A stretch of 64,000 bases of DNA from Candidatus Gottesmanbacteria bacterium RIFCSPLOWO2_01_FULL_42_22 (GTDB lineage Bacteria > Patescibacteriota > Microgenomatia > 2-02-FULL-39-11): the NCBI GenBank assembly GCA_001779315.1, contig MFJU01000001.1, forward strand, positions 6,258-70,257, given 5' to 3'. The notes beneath the pieces are model-generated. The model did not search any database, had not been told where the DNA came from, and was given only the letters and a program-made list of their open reading frames with translations. This document shows positions 20,150-33,483 of this stretch, piece by piece. Position numbers and translations under genes: made by a program. Within the stretch, counting starts at the first letter, position 1. Each line of letters opens with the position of its first letter.

Positions 20150-22664
20150 CGGGTAATGGTAATGCTTCTTTTCTCTCCCAATCCCCTGTTTCTTCAGCCA
20201 GTAGCCGCATCCCGGAGCAGCTACGGATATCATCTAATCCTAAGATAAACTGCATGACTCTTTCATTACCAATTCCGTAACCCGCATGAGGGTCTGTCTT
20301 TTCCTTATAAATAATATCCAAATACCATCTAAAATCGTCGATGGCTGTTTCAGGAGGTAATTTCGTTCTTTCACAATAAATTCTAAACATTTCTGAACTT
20401 AATAACCGGTCTTCAAGCTGTTTACCTCGATGTTCTCTGACAGACGCTCCGGTTGCCTCACCGGCAATAGGAAGTATCAAATCAGCTGAGAGCACAACGC
20501 GCGGATCAATTTCAGAAACTTTCATATTAAAAAATTTTATCTCTTTGGGATATCTCATGATAAAAACCGGTAAATTACTTTTAACAACTTTTTCTCCTGA
20601 TTCTTCCTGTTTTTTGTTGTTTAATAGTTTAATTACAGCTTGTTCATGTTCCGCTTTTAAGTCGTCACCCCACTTAAGATTTGAGAAACCATTTTCTCGA
20701 AGAAGTATTAATGCATCTTCGTACGTAATTCTGTAATAGGGATTTTCGATAGTCTCTCGAAGTTGTTTTAAATCTCTCCCGTACAACATTGAAAGGGTAT
20801 CACCATGTTGTTCAACTGCGACACGAATCATAGTTTTTGTCGATGCTTCAATATGCTGCAAAAGTGCCTCAAACATTTTTCCTTCATCATAATTATCTCT
20901 AGTCATTCCATCGACCATAGTTGACCCGAATTCTTCTTCTGTCAGTCGAAATTGACGCAAATGTCGGTTGTCTTCCGTCTCTTCATCTCTGCCGCTATGA
21001 ATAATCGTATAAACCCCGTGCCGATGCACTTGAAGTGCTTGTTCCAATGCTAATTGTCCGGTTTGTGTGATGAATAATTGTACGCCGGCCCTGCTCATAA
21101 CCTTAAAAAGTGTATCAACATTTTCACAGGAGCCAGTAACTCCTACAATTTCCGGAACCGTAATATATTGAAGGCCAATTTGTCCATAATGTCCTGAGAC
21201 TGCCTTTTGTATACTTGCCTCCAGTTGGGAAAGCGCTTTTATATGTTCCTTTGTCTGTATTTCTTTATTACCTTCGTTTGTCTTTATTGTAAATATCCCT
21301 CTTTCTTTTACCAGTCGTTGTACGGCTTTTTCTGAAATCTCGTCTTCAGAGACTGCTTCAAAAGAAGGAATGCTTTCTAATGTTTTTTCAATATATTCTT
21401 GGGCTTTTGTAGAATCATACATTACATCCTGATAAAAAACCCCCAGATGATATAGCGTCCATATTTTCAATCGTTGCAGTCTCCGATCGTCCGGATTTCT
21501 AACCAAAGAATCATTTAGGTCCGTTAGGGCTTTTTGCAGAAATTCTTCAGTTTCGTTTGCTATGGTTTTGTCATAAAGTTGAGCTAAACCTATTCTTAAT
21601 GAGCATTCTGCTTCTTTGGTTTGCAGACTCTGAATAAATGACTCGTGTTCTTCACCCTGAAGATAAACATCCGCTAGAGTACGGGCCAAACCATAAGCTT
21701 TATGAGCTGTTAAAAAATAGTTAATCGGATCACCATCACCTATCCTTCCTCTTAAAAGGGCAAATATACCAAAATTGGCTGCATGATAACAATCTCTAGG
21801 AGACCGTTCTCTGCCGTTAGCAATTTCTGTTAAATACGATCCGAAACGCGACATACCCTCATCAAGAATATTGAAAGGGACATCCTCAGAAGTTACTTCA
21901 TTTAATAAACCATTTGCATCGATGATAAGACCCCAGTCTGTTAATTGTGCAATAACTTGGCCATTATGCATTATTGTTCCTATATCCTGAAGGTGTAATG
22001 AATCTTCTCCGAATAAATTTCGATTCTCATGCACTTCATGTGGAGGATTAGTGGGATACGCTCCCGAGTTGATTTGTTGACTGATAATATCTAATACCTG
22101 AGCAGGTTTTGTTCGGTCATAACGGGATGGAATATCCGGCATCCACATAACCTGGGGAATCAAAAAATCATTTTTGTATGTTTGGATGGCTACATCAATG
22201 ACTTCTTTTAAACCGTGTTCTGAAGAATATTCAGGAAGACTGTTATTTTCCGGAGGGTTGAGAAAATAATCTGCCAATTCTCTGAGATAAAATCTGTTTA
22301 TTGAAGGTGTATTAGGATAATTCTTAGATTCTACTGTAATTTTACGTCTCTCAATCCTGAGTAACGCATCCAAAACAACCCGCGATTTAGTTTCCCATGT
22401 TCCTCTAAAATCTAAATCAGCTTCTAATCTTATGACATCTTCCAAAGTAACTGATAAATTTTTTAGGGGTAAATATGTGTCAAATAACAACCCAGCCTGC
22501 TGCATTCTTAAATATCTGCCGGCAAAATTAGGCGGTAACAATTCGGGGCGAATTGAGGGAGGTCCGGTTATTCCTGTCTGTTGATCATAGTTTGTTAGTT
22601 GTTCTTCGATAAAAGCTGTTTTACGAGCCTCTATTTGATCAGCTGCAACCTCATAACTTGACAT
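20139..22664 (-). CDS. AsnRS-like class II catalytic domain, without anticodon OB fold, fused to a ~460 aa helical/TPR-like N-terminus
   Basis: C-terminal TQTGQLALE, RDE...RHLRQF, YPKEIKFFNMK, DLILPIAGEATGASVRE, PHAGYGIGNER. Confidence 0.75.
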   Translation of the reverse strand: MSSYEVAADQIEARKTAFIEEQLTNYDQQTGITGPPSIRPELLPPNFAGRYLRMQQAGLLFDTYLPLKNLSVTLEDVIRLEADLDFRGTWETKSRVVLDALLRIERRKITVESKNYPNTPSINRFYLRELADYFLNPPENNSLPEYSSEHGLKEVIDVAIQTYKNDFLIPQVMWMPDIPSRYDRTKPAQVLDIISQQINSGAYPTNPPHEVHENRNLFGEDSLHLQDIGTIMHNGQVIAQLTDWGLIIDANGLLNEVTSEDVPFNILDEGMSRFGSYLTEIANGRERSPRDCYHAANFGIFALLRGRIGDGDPINYFLTAHKAYGLARTLADVYLQGEEHESFIQSLQTKEAECSLRIGLAQLYDKTIANETEEFLQKALTDLNDSLVRNPDDRRLQRLKIWTLYHLGVFYQDVMYDSTKAQEYIEKTLESIPSFEAVSEDEISEKAVQRLVKERGIFTIKTNEGNKEIQTKEHIKALSQLEASIQKAVSGHYGQIGLQYITVPEIVGVTGSCENVDTLFKVMSRAGVQLFITQTGQLALEQALQVHRHGVYTIIHSGRDEETEDNRHLRQFRLTEEEFGSTMVDGMTRDNYDEGKMFEALLQHIEASTKTMIRVAVEQHGDTLSMLYGRDLKQLRETIENPYYRITYEDALILLRENGFSNLKWGDDLKAEHEQAVIKLLNNKKQEESGEKVVKSNLPVFIMRYPKEIKFFNMKVSEIDPRVVLSADLILPIAGEATGASVREHRGKQLEDRLLSSEMFRIYCERTKLPPETAIDDFRWYLDIIYKEKTDPHAGYGIGNERVMQFILGLDDIRSCSGMRLLAEETGDWERKEALPLPVIV

Positions 22665-22720
22665 ATTACCCTAATATTTTATACCCATAAGAAGACATTT
22701 CAAAATATTGTCAAAATCCG

Positions 22721-23779
22721 CTATATTATTTTTCGGCCGAAGCCTGGCCGGACGAGGATTTTGCCATTTTCAAAAACGGTTTGGCCTCTGATGACTGTTC
22801 TAACTATTTTGCCTGAAACAATCCAACCGGCAAAAGGCGACCAACCGCATTTGGTGAATAAGTTTTTGTTTTCGATTTTATATTCCTCTTCTGTTTCCGC
22901 TTCGATATATGTATCTATACCTTGATTAATTCCGAAAACTTTCCGCGGGCCTTCATTTGTCAGCCTAATTATTTCTTTAACTGATATTCTGTTTTCGGTA
23001 AGCGCAGTTAATAAAAGAGGCAACAGAGTTTCCAAGCCGGGGACGCCATTCGGCGGTTTGGCCGATTTTTTTTCTTCGAGAGTATGCGGTGCATGGTCGG
23101 TTGAGATGCAGTCAATATCTGAAAGATGGGCCCAGAGAAAATCCTGGTCAGCTTGCATTGCCAGCGGCGGCTTCATCATCGCCAAGGTACCCATTTTTTG
23201 ATAATCTTTATCGGTTAAAAATAAATAGTTGGGTGTTGTATCGCAGGTAACAGGAACTTTATTCTTTTTAGCTTCAATTATTTTTTCCAAATCTGACTTG
23301 GTGGAAACATGGGTAATATGGAGTTTTTTGCCAAATTTCGCTGCTAATTCAAGCGCCAAATCAACTTTATCCCCTTCCGCATGGACAATAATTATTTTTT
23401 GTTTTGGCCAGGCAGAAAAAATATTTTCCAGTATTTCCTCATTTTCTACCTTAAATTGGCCGGTTGAGACATTAAGATAGATTTTCAGACCGGCAACCAG
23501 GGGTGCTGCTTTGGCAAACTCTTCTGCATTCCTGCCATCCGAACCGAAATAAAAAGCGTAGTCCACTACAGCTTTTTTTCGGGCTGCAACGATTTTTTCC
23601 GCAAGCCTCGCGACAGTGAAAACCGGACGCAGATTATTGGGCATATCGCAAACTGCGGTAATGCCTCCGGCTGCCGCAGCAGAGGTTCCAGTCAGGAAAT
23701 CTTCCTTGTGTTGTTCTTCAAAATCGCGCAGATGTACATGGACATCGATAAGCCCCGGCAACCGAAGTAGTGAACTCAT
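22721..23779 (-). CDS. pyrC: Dihydroorotase, CAD-like type
   Basis: LPGLIDVHVHLR, DMPN, GLKIYLN, DHAPHT, PGLET. Confidence 0.93.
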   Translation of the reverse strand: MSSLLRLPGLIDVHVHLRDFEEQHKEDFLTGTSAAAAGGITAVCDMPNNLRPVFTVARLAEKIVAARKKAVVDYAFYFGSDGRNAEEFAKAAPLVAGLKIYLNVSTGQFKVENEEILENIFSAWPKQKIIIVHAEGDKVDLALELAAKFGKKLHITHVSTKSDLEKIIEAKKNKVPVTCDTTPNYLFLTDKDYQKMGTLAMMKPPLAMQADQDFLWAHLSDIDCISTDHAPHTLEEKKSAKPPNGVPGLETLLPLLLTALTENRISVKEIIRLTNEGPRKVFGINQGIDTYIEAETEEEYKIENKNLFTKCGWSPFAGWIVSGKIVRTVIRGQTVFENGKILVRPGFGRKII

Positions 23780-24714
23780 GGATTTAAGATCACATCAAGA
23801 AGAGCCATACGGACAGCCAGACCGTTCTTCAGTTGATCTTTCAGATAGAGTGAACGGGGATCATCATCCAATTCATGACTAATCTCGTTGGCGGCAATCG
23901 GTAAAGGATGCATGATGATGACTTCCTTTTTTGCCCGGGTAAGCAGACTTTTATCCAGCCTGTAAAAGCTTTTTAGCTTTTCATATTCAGCGGGATTTTC
24001 AAAACGTTCTTTCTGCACTCTTGTCATATAAATAACATCAGAGACGGAAATGGTCTCGGATAGTTTACTTGTTTCGAAAACGGAAGAGGATTTTTTGATT
24101 TTGACAGTAATCTCATAAGGCATGGCCAGCATTTCAGGCGAAACCAAATTAAAATTTATTTTTTTATCAGTTTTCAAAAGCAGTTTGGCTAAAGAATGGA
24201 CTGTCCGGCCGAACTTAAGATCACCGGCCAGGGTAACCGTCAGTTCTTTTTTGTCAGGAAAACGCCTGACAATGGTATAAACATCCAGAAGAGCCTGGGT
24301 CGGATGCTCGCCCGGCCCGTCTCCGGCATTGACTACCGGCACCGCTGAAACTTGAGTGGCTTTGGTAGGATAACCAACCTCGGGATGCCTGATGATCAGG
24401 CAATCGGCATAAGTTGAAAAAACCCTGACGGTATGCTCGAATGATTCGCCTTTTTCTACCGAAGTATTTTTCATGCCGTTTAAGGGAATGATGCCTCCGC
24501 CCAACCTCTGCATGGCTGTAATAAATGAGGAAAAGGTCCTGGTTGACGGCTCGAAAAACAAAAAGGCGCCTATTTTGCCTTTTAATGAGTCATCTCCCCC
24601 TTTTTCTACGGTCAGTTTTTTCATCCTGTCTGTCTTTTGAAAAATAAGCGCAAGGTCGGAAGCCTCAAGTGAATCGACTGTAGTTAAATCCTGTCCGAAA
24701 AGACTGTTTTTCAT
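23776..24714 (-). CDS. pyrB: Aspartate carbamoyltransferase
   Basis: FFEPSTRT, NAGDG, HPTQALLD, MTRVQKER, MHPLP. Confidence 0.96.
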   Translation of the reverse strand: MKNSLFGQDLTTVDSLEASDLALIFQKTDRMKKLTVEKGGDDSLKGKIGAFLFFEPSTRTFSSFITAMQRLGGGIIPLNGMKNTSVEKGESFEHTVRVFSTYADCLIIRHPEVGYPTKATQVSAVPVVNAGDGPGEHPTQALLDVYTIVRRFPDKKELTVTLAGDLKFGRTVHSLAKLLLKTDKKINFNLVSPEMLAMPYEITVKIKKSSSVFETSKLSETISVSDVIYMTRVQKERFENPAEYEKLKSFYRLDKSLLTRAKKEVIIMHPLPIAANEISHELDDDPRSLYLKDQLKNGLAVRMALLDVILNP

Positions 24715-27700
24715 AATTTTTCCGTTTTGTCCTTGGGTTGAATGGTCGCCAGGTATTCACACCAGGATTTAACTTTCAGGTCTTCCGGTTTCAGTTTATA
24801 AAGGGAATTAATGAATAAATTAGCGGTTGATACTTTTGTAAAAAGCGGGATATTAGTATCAACTGTGGCTCTTCTGATTTGATAACCGTCAGTCAGTTCC
24901 AAAGACATTTCCTTTACTCCCAAATCATCGCGGTCGCTTAAATTAAAAACCAAACTTACCTGTTTACTCTTGATGACATCAATGACATTCGGCCGTTTTT
25001 TTTCATGGACTTTATATACCTGTTTGACTTTTAGGCGGTTGAGCTTGAGAAAGGCGGCCGTATTATTGGTAGCAAAAAGAGCAAATCCCATTTTGGCCAA
25101 AACCCGGCAACCCTGCAGCATTTTTTGCTTATATTCCATACCGCCTAAAGATACCAAAGCCGCTTTTTTATCAAAGCTGGCTCCTGTAGACAGTATAGCT
25201 TTAAGATAGGCTTCATTCAAACTGTCACCAAAGCAGGCCACTTCCCCGGTCGAAGCCATTTCCACCCGCAGGACCGGATCGACCCGCCTGAGCCTGGTAA
25301 AGGAAAAATGGGCTGCCTTGACGCCGGTATATCTCGGCCTTTTGATTTTAACCTGTTTGACGTTGTCCCCCAATAAAACCTTAGTGGCAATTTCGATGAA
25401 ATTTATCCCCAGGACTTTGGATACAAAAGGGAAAGTGCGGGATGCTCTCAAATTGCCTTCAATTACCAATACTTCAGGAATGGCCCGGCCGTCTTCATTG
25501 ACCAGAAACTGGATATTGAAAGGTCCGTTGATAGGCAGAGCTTTGACGATATTGACAGTGTTTTCCTTAATCATTTCGACTGCTTCATCCCCGAGTGAAA
25601 AAGAGGGCAAAACCAGAGTCGCATCTCCTGAATGGACGCCGGCATGCTCTACGTGTTCGGATATGGCCCAGACGACGATTTTCCCTTTACAGGCTACACC
25701 GTCAAAATCAACTTCTTTGGCTCCCCGGATAAACTTAGACATAACCAGCGGATACTCTGAGGAGACAATACTGTCTGAGGTTGCCAAATATCGGCTAAGC
25801 AATTCTTCCGAATAGGCTACATACATGGCCCGCCCGGACAGAACATAGGAAGGTCTGATAAGGACTGGATAGCCTATTTTTTTGGCGAATTCCAAAGCTT
25901 CCTTTTTGCTTTTAAGTCTTTTCCAGAGAGGCTGGATAATTTTCAGGCTGTCCAGAAGTGCGGAAAATTTTTCCCGGTCCTCGACGCGGTCTATCACCTC
26001 CGGATTACTTCCCAGGAATCGAACTGTGCTTTCTGCTAATTTAGCAGTTAAGGAATTGGGAATTTGACCGCCGACGGAAACTACCAAAGGACATTTTTCC
26101 AGATCACTAATATCCAGAATCCTTTCGCGGGTCAGTTCCTCAAAATAAAGCTTGTCCAGTATGTCATAATCCGTTGAGACTGTTTCCGGGTTGCAGTTGA
26201 TCATTATCGGCGAATATCCGTTTTTTTTAGCAGTTATAGCGCAATTGACAGCACACCAGTCAAATTCGACGGAGGAGCCGATCTGGTAAGGTCCCCCTCC
26301 TATAATGGCAATCTGTTTCGGTAAATTAAATCTGATATCATGTTTCTGGCGGTGATATGATAAATAAAGGTAATTTGTTTTCGCCGGAAATTCCCCGGCC
26401 AGGGTATCAATCTGGCAGACTTTCGGTAAAATATTATGCCGTTTCCTTAAATTACGTATTTCGCTGTCGGCAACTGAATAGATTTCTCCTATCTGCACAT
26501 CGGAAAAACCCAATTTTTTAGCCTTTAACAAAGTTGTTTCCGTTGGTTTTCCGTCAGAACTTTCACTGATCATATTTTTGTAAAAGTTGACGATATTTTC
26601 AATCCGGTCCAAAAACCAGTAATCAATGCCTGTTTCTTTGTAAATGTCTTTTTTGGACTGACCGTTAAATAAATTATAGGCAATGTTATAAGGCCTGTCA
26701 GGAGAAGCTTTCAGGGGACGGAGCTTACCTTTATCAAAATCATCGGAAATAATTCCCTCAAAATCCAAATCCAAAGATCTGACGGCTTTTTGCAGGGCTT
26801 CTTCAAAACTGCGGCCGATGGCCATGACTTCGCCGACACTCTGCATTTCACTGCCCAATGTTTCATCCTGGTTTTTAAATTTCAGAAAATCCCAGCGGGG
26901 AATTTTAACCACCACATAATCCAGAGCTGGCTCAAAAAAGGCGCTGGTAGCCTGTGTTACCTGGTTTCTCAGATCCGAAAGCCGGTAACCTAAGGCCAGC
27001 TTAGCGGCAATATAAGCCAGGGGATAGCCTGTTGCTTTGGAAGCCAAGGCTGATGAACGGGAAAGCCGGGCATTAACTTCGATGATGCGGTAATCACCGT
27101 CAATGGGTGAAAGAGCATACTGGATATTGCATTCGCCGACTATAGGCAAATTTTTAACGACCTTGATGGCAATTTCCCTTAAGCGGTGATACTCGCTATT
27201 TGTTAAAGTTTGGGAAGGGGCAACCACAATTGATTCACCGGTATGGATACCCATCGGATCGAAATTTTCCATATTGCAGACGGTAATACAATTGTCTTTT
27301 GAGTCACGGACGACCTCATATTCAATTTCTTTCCAATGTTCGAGATATTCCTCAATTAAAATTTGCGGCGTCTGTGTTAATGCTTTCTGGCTGATACTGA
27401 TTAAATCTTGTGAGTTTCGGGCAACACCTGAACCCAAACCGCCTAAAGAAAAACCTGCTCTGACAATGACAGGGTACTTTATTTTTCCGGAAAGGTCATT
27501 GACTTGGGAAAGTTTGCGGCAGAGAGTGCTTTGAGGAACTTTTAAGCCTAAATTTTCAATTGTTTGGCGAAAAAGCAGACGGTCTTCGGTATTACGGATA
27601 GCCGAAAGCGGTGTGCCCAATATCTCAACCCGGTATTTTTTAAAAATATTTTTGCGGGCCAGTGCCAGTCCGCAATTTAGGGCAGTCTGTCCGCCGAATC

Positions 27701-27965
27701 CCAATAAAATTCCGTCAGGTCTTTCCTTTTGGATGACTTTTTCCGCAAAGTATGGGGTGACCGGTAAAAAATAAACTCTGCTGACCAGCTCGTGCGAGGT
27801 TTGGATGGTGGCAATATTGGGATTGATGAGGACAACTTCGATGCCTTCTTCTTTCAATGCTTTGGCCGCCTGGGAGCCGGAGTAATCAAATTCACCGGCT
27901 TCTCCTATTTTGAGAGCGCCTGAGCCCAGAAGCAATACCTTCTTGATTTTCAAATTGTTAGCCAC
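24711..27965 (-). CDS. carB: Carbamoyl-phosphate synthase large subunit
   Basis: GEFDYSG, two ATP-grasp halves, NCNPETVSTDYD, C-terminal MGS-like domain. Confidence 0.97.
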   Translation of the reverse strand: MANNLKIKKVLLLGSGALKIGEAGEFDYSGSQAAKALKEEGIEVVLINPNIATIQTSHELVSRVYFLPVTPYFAEKVIQKERPDGILLGFGGQTALNCGLALARKNIFKKYRVEILGTPLSAIRNTEDRLLFRQTIENLGLKVPQSTLCRKLSQVNDLSGKIKYPVIVRAGFSLGGLGSGVARNSQDLISISQKALTQTPQILIEEYLEHWKEIEYEVVRDSKDNCITVCNMENFDPMGIHTGESIVVAPSQTLTNSEYHRLREIAIKVVKNLPIVGECNIQYALSPIDGDYRIIEVNARLSRSSALASKATGYPLAYIAAKLALGYRLSDLRNQVTQATSAFFEPALDYVVVKIPRWDFLKFKNQDETLGSEMQSVGEVMAIGRSFEEALQKAVRSLDLDFEGIISDDFDKGKLRPLKASPDRPYNIAYNLFNGQSKKDIYKETGIDYWFLDRIENIVNFYKNMISESSDGKPTETTLLKAKKLGFSDVQIGEIYSVADSEIRNLRKRHNILPKVCQIDTLAGEFPAKTNYLYLSYHRQKHDIRFNLPKQIAIIGGGPYQIGSSVEFDWCAVNCAITAKKNGYSPIMINCNPETVSTDYDILDKLYFEELTRERILDISDLEKCPLVVSVGGQIPNSLTAKLAESTVRFLGSNPEVIDRVEDREKFSALLDSLKIIQPLWKRLKSKKEALEFAKKIGYPVLIRPSYVLSGRAMYVAYSEELLSRYLATSDSIVSSEYPLVMSKFIRGAKEVDFDGVACKGKIVVWAISEHVEHAGVHSGDATLVLPSFSLGDEAVEMIKENTVNIVKALPINGPFNIQFLVNEDGRAIPEVLVIEGNLRASRTFPFVSKVLGINFIEIATKVLLGDNVKQVKIKRPRYTGVKAAHFSFTRLRRVDPVLRVEMASTGEVACFGDSLNEAYLKAILSTGASFDKKAALVSLGGMEYKQKMLQGCRVLAKMGFALFATNNTAAFLKLNRLKVKQVYKVHEKKRPNVIDVIKSKQVSLVFNLSDRDDLGVKEMSLELTDGYQIRRATVDTNIPLFTKVSTANLFINSLYKLKPEDLKVKSWCEYLATIQPKDKTEKL

Positions 27966-29050
27966 TGCCTCACTTTTTCAAAATAATAATCAAAAAACCA
28001 TTCCGTGTCAGTCGGACCGGGATTGGCCTCCGGGTGGAATTGCACGCAAAAAAAAGGCAAATTTTTATGCCTTATGCCTTCGTTGGTACCGTCATTAAGA
28101 TTGACAAACCAGACTTGCCAGTCGGCAGGGATGGTTTTCTCGACTACCGAGTAGCCGTGGTTTTGCGAAGTGATAAAGCTTTTTGAGCTTTCAACTTCCA
28201 TAACCGGCTGGTTCTGCCCCCGATGCCCGTATTTTAATTTGAAAATTTCAGCTCCGGCCGCCAGAGCCATAACCTGATGTCCGAGGCAAATGCCGAAAGT
28301 GGGAATTTTTCGGGAGAAAGCCTGTTTTATTGTTTCGATTGTCTCAGGCATTTTCCTGGCATCTCCAGGTCCGTTGCTGATAAAGACCGTATCGAAAAGA
28401 GGAGACTTTTTATCCAGGAATGGATTATAGTTCCAGGGAACTCTGATAACAGTCGTATTATATTTCAGCATCAGTCTAATTTGGTTTTCCTTAAGACCGC
28501 AGTCGATAAACAGGACTTTTATTTTGCCGTTTCCGTAAATTTGTTGTTTTGCCGTACTGACAAAAGGCACAAGATTCTCTCTGTTGATATCTATAAAAAA
28601 CCCCGATTTTATCGGGGTTTGTGAAAAAGTAATTATGCCTTTCATCACTCCTTTATCGCGGAGTGTTTTAGTTAAAGAGCGGGTATCAATACCGGACAGA
28701 CAGGGTATTTTGTACTTTACCAGCCAATCTTTTAATGTTTGCCCGGCTTCGTAATGGGTTCTATTATCAACATATTCTGACACAATTAAGCCGCGGATTT
28801 GGATTCTGTCCGATTCAAATTTTTCCGTCAGGTTGTTTGCCTTAGTTTCTTTGGGAACTCCGTAATTGCCGATTAAAGGATATGTTTGGACCAGGATCTG
28901 ACCGTAATAGGAAGGGTCTGTCAAGCCTTCGGGATAACCGACCATGCCGGTTGAGAAAACTACTTCCCCGGCAACTTCGGTACTTGAGCCAATCGAATCG
29001 CCCTCTAAAATCTGTCCATTCTCAAGCTTCAGGTAACCTTTCTCTGCCAT
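27950..29050 (-). CDS. carA: Carbamoyl-phosphate synthase small subunit
   Basis: TDPSY, SNGPGD, GICLGHQ, SQNHG, VQFHPE. Confidence 0.97.
   Translation of the reverse strand: MAEKGYLKLENGQILEGDSIGSSTEVAGEVVFSTGMVGYPEGLTDPSYYGQILVQTYPLIGNYGVPKETKANNLTEKFESDRIQIRGLIVSEYVDNRTHYEAGQTLKDWLVKYKIPCLSGIDTRSLTKTLRDKGVMKGIITFSQTPIKSGFFIDINRENLVPFVSTAKQQIYGNGKIKVLFIDCGLKENQIRLMLKYNTTVIRVPWNYNPFLDKKSPLFDTVFISNGPGDARKMPETIETIKQAFSRKIPTFGICLGHQVMALAAGAEIFKLKYGHRGQNQPVMEVESSKSFITSQNHGYSVVEKTIPADWQVWFVNLNDGTNEGIRHKNLPFFCVQFHPEANPGPTDTEWFFDYYFEKVRQWLTI
28598..28620. repeat. CCCGAT-N3-ATCGGG palindrome, copy inside carA
   Basis: AAACCCCGAT-TTT-ATCGGGGTTT; encodes TPIKSG. Confidence 0.6.
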
Positions 29051-29058
29051 AATATATC

Positions 29059-31709
<2,651 letters not shown>

Positions 31710-31717
<8 letters not shown>

Positions 31718-33224
31718 TAAAGATTTTTTTAAAACTGTCCAGGAGTTTATTTAATTTACCTGCAGTCTCATCGCTGATTTTTTCTTCGGTTCTGATTTTT
31801 TTCAGGATATCCTTATGCTGGCCATTGATATAATCCAGATAGGCAAGTTCAAAATCGGCGATTTTGACTGTCTCAATATCATCCAGATAACCGTTGGTCC
31901 CTGCGTAAAATAAAACCACCTGCTCCTCGACACTCATGGGTTTGAACTGGCCCTGTTTTAGAAGCTCAATCATTCTGGCTCCGCGTTCGATCTGTTTTTT
32001 GGTTTTTTCATCCAGGTCTGTGGCAAATTGGGCAAAAGCGGCCATGTCGCGGTACTGGGCTAAATCCAGTCTTAATCTGCCGGCTACCTGCTTTATGGCC
32101 TTAATTTGGGCTGCTGCCCCGACTCTGGAAACTGACAATCCGACATTAATGGCCGGTCTGATACCGGCATAAAAAAGGTCAGATTCGAAATAAATCTGAC
32201 CGTCGGTGATGGAAATGACATTGGTCGGAATGTAGGCCGACATGTCTCCGGCCTGGGTTTCAATGATGGGAAGTGCCGTCAGAGAACCTCCGCCGTATTT
32301 TTCCGACAGGCGGGCGCTTCTTTCCAAAAGCCTGGAATGGAGGTAGAAAATGTCGCCCGGATAGGCTTCACGTCCTGAAGGCCTTCTTAAAATAAGCGAT
32401 ATCTGCCGGTAAGCCCAGGCATGCTTGGTTAAATCGTCATAGACAACCAGGGCATCTTTGCCCTTATCCATGAAATATTCACCGATAGCTGTACCCGTGT
32501 ATGGCGCGATATACTGCATGGAAGCAGGATCAGAAGCGTTGGCCGCCACAATAATCGTGTGTTCCAAAGCGCCGTTGCGGCTGAATAAATCAATTATTTG
32601 CGCAATTCTGGAGGCTTTCTGACCGATGGCTACATAAATACAAACTACATTCTTGCCTTTTTGGTTAATGATCGTATCCAGAGTGACCGCTGTTTTTCCG
32701 GTACCCCGGTCGCCGATAATAAGTTCCCTTTGTCCCCGACCGATAGGAATCATGCTGTCAATCGCTTTGATGCCGGTCTGAAGCGGAGTTGAGACAGGCT
32801 GGCGTTTGACCACACCCGGAGCCATTTTTTCTATCGGATAATATTTGTCAATTTTGACGGGACCTTTTCCATCCAGGGAATTACCTAAAGGATCGATTAC
32901 CCTGCCTATTAAATCCTCGCCTGCGCCTATTGATAACAGCCGGTCGATGCCTCTGACTATATCGCCTTCTTTGATATCCAGATAATCTCCTAAAATAACT
33001 ACACCTACCTGTTTTTCTTCCAGATTAATGGCCACACCCAAAACACCGTTGGCAAATTCCACCATTTCCGAATATGAGAGATCGTTAAGTCCGGAGACTT
33101 TAGCCACTCCGTCAGTAACTTCCATCACCTTACCGATAAATCCCGCTTCAATTTCCGGTCTGACTTTATCAAGTTTTTTAAGTAAATCACCGATAATGGC
33201 GCCGGTGGTAATTTTATTTGGCAT
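31710..33224 (-). CDS. atpA: ATP synthase F1 alpha
   Basis: [36 protein letters not shown]. Confidence 0.98.
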
Positions 33225-33228
33225 ATTT

Positions 33229-33474
33229 TTAACTTAAGGCTTCCTTAATTTTATGAAGATCCAGCGAAAGTGAGGCATCCAGATACCAATCACCCAGCTG
33301 GACCGTAAAACCTCCCAGGAGTTTCTTTTCAATTTCGTTAACCACGGCAATTTTTTCTCCGAAAATTTTTTCGAGCCTCGCCTTAATTTCTTCGCGCTGT
33401 TTGTCTGTCAGGAAAACAGAACTTTTAACCGTGGCTGTCTTTGCTCTCTCTGTATTCGATTCCTTATTTTTCAT
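33229..33474 (-). CDS. atpH: ATP synthase delta, short form (C-terminal domain only)
   Basis: [25 protein letters not shown]; located between atpF and atpA. Confidence 0.85.
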   Translation of the reverse strand: MKNKESNTERAKTATVKSSVFLTDKQREEIKARLEKIFGEKIAVVNEIEKKLLGGFTVQLGDWYLDASLSLDLHKIKEALS

Positions 33475-33483
33475 TTTTTTTAC

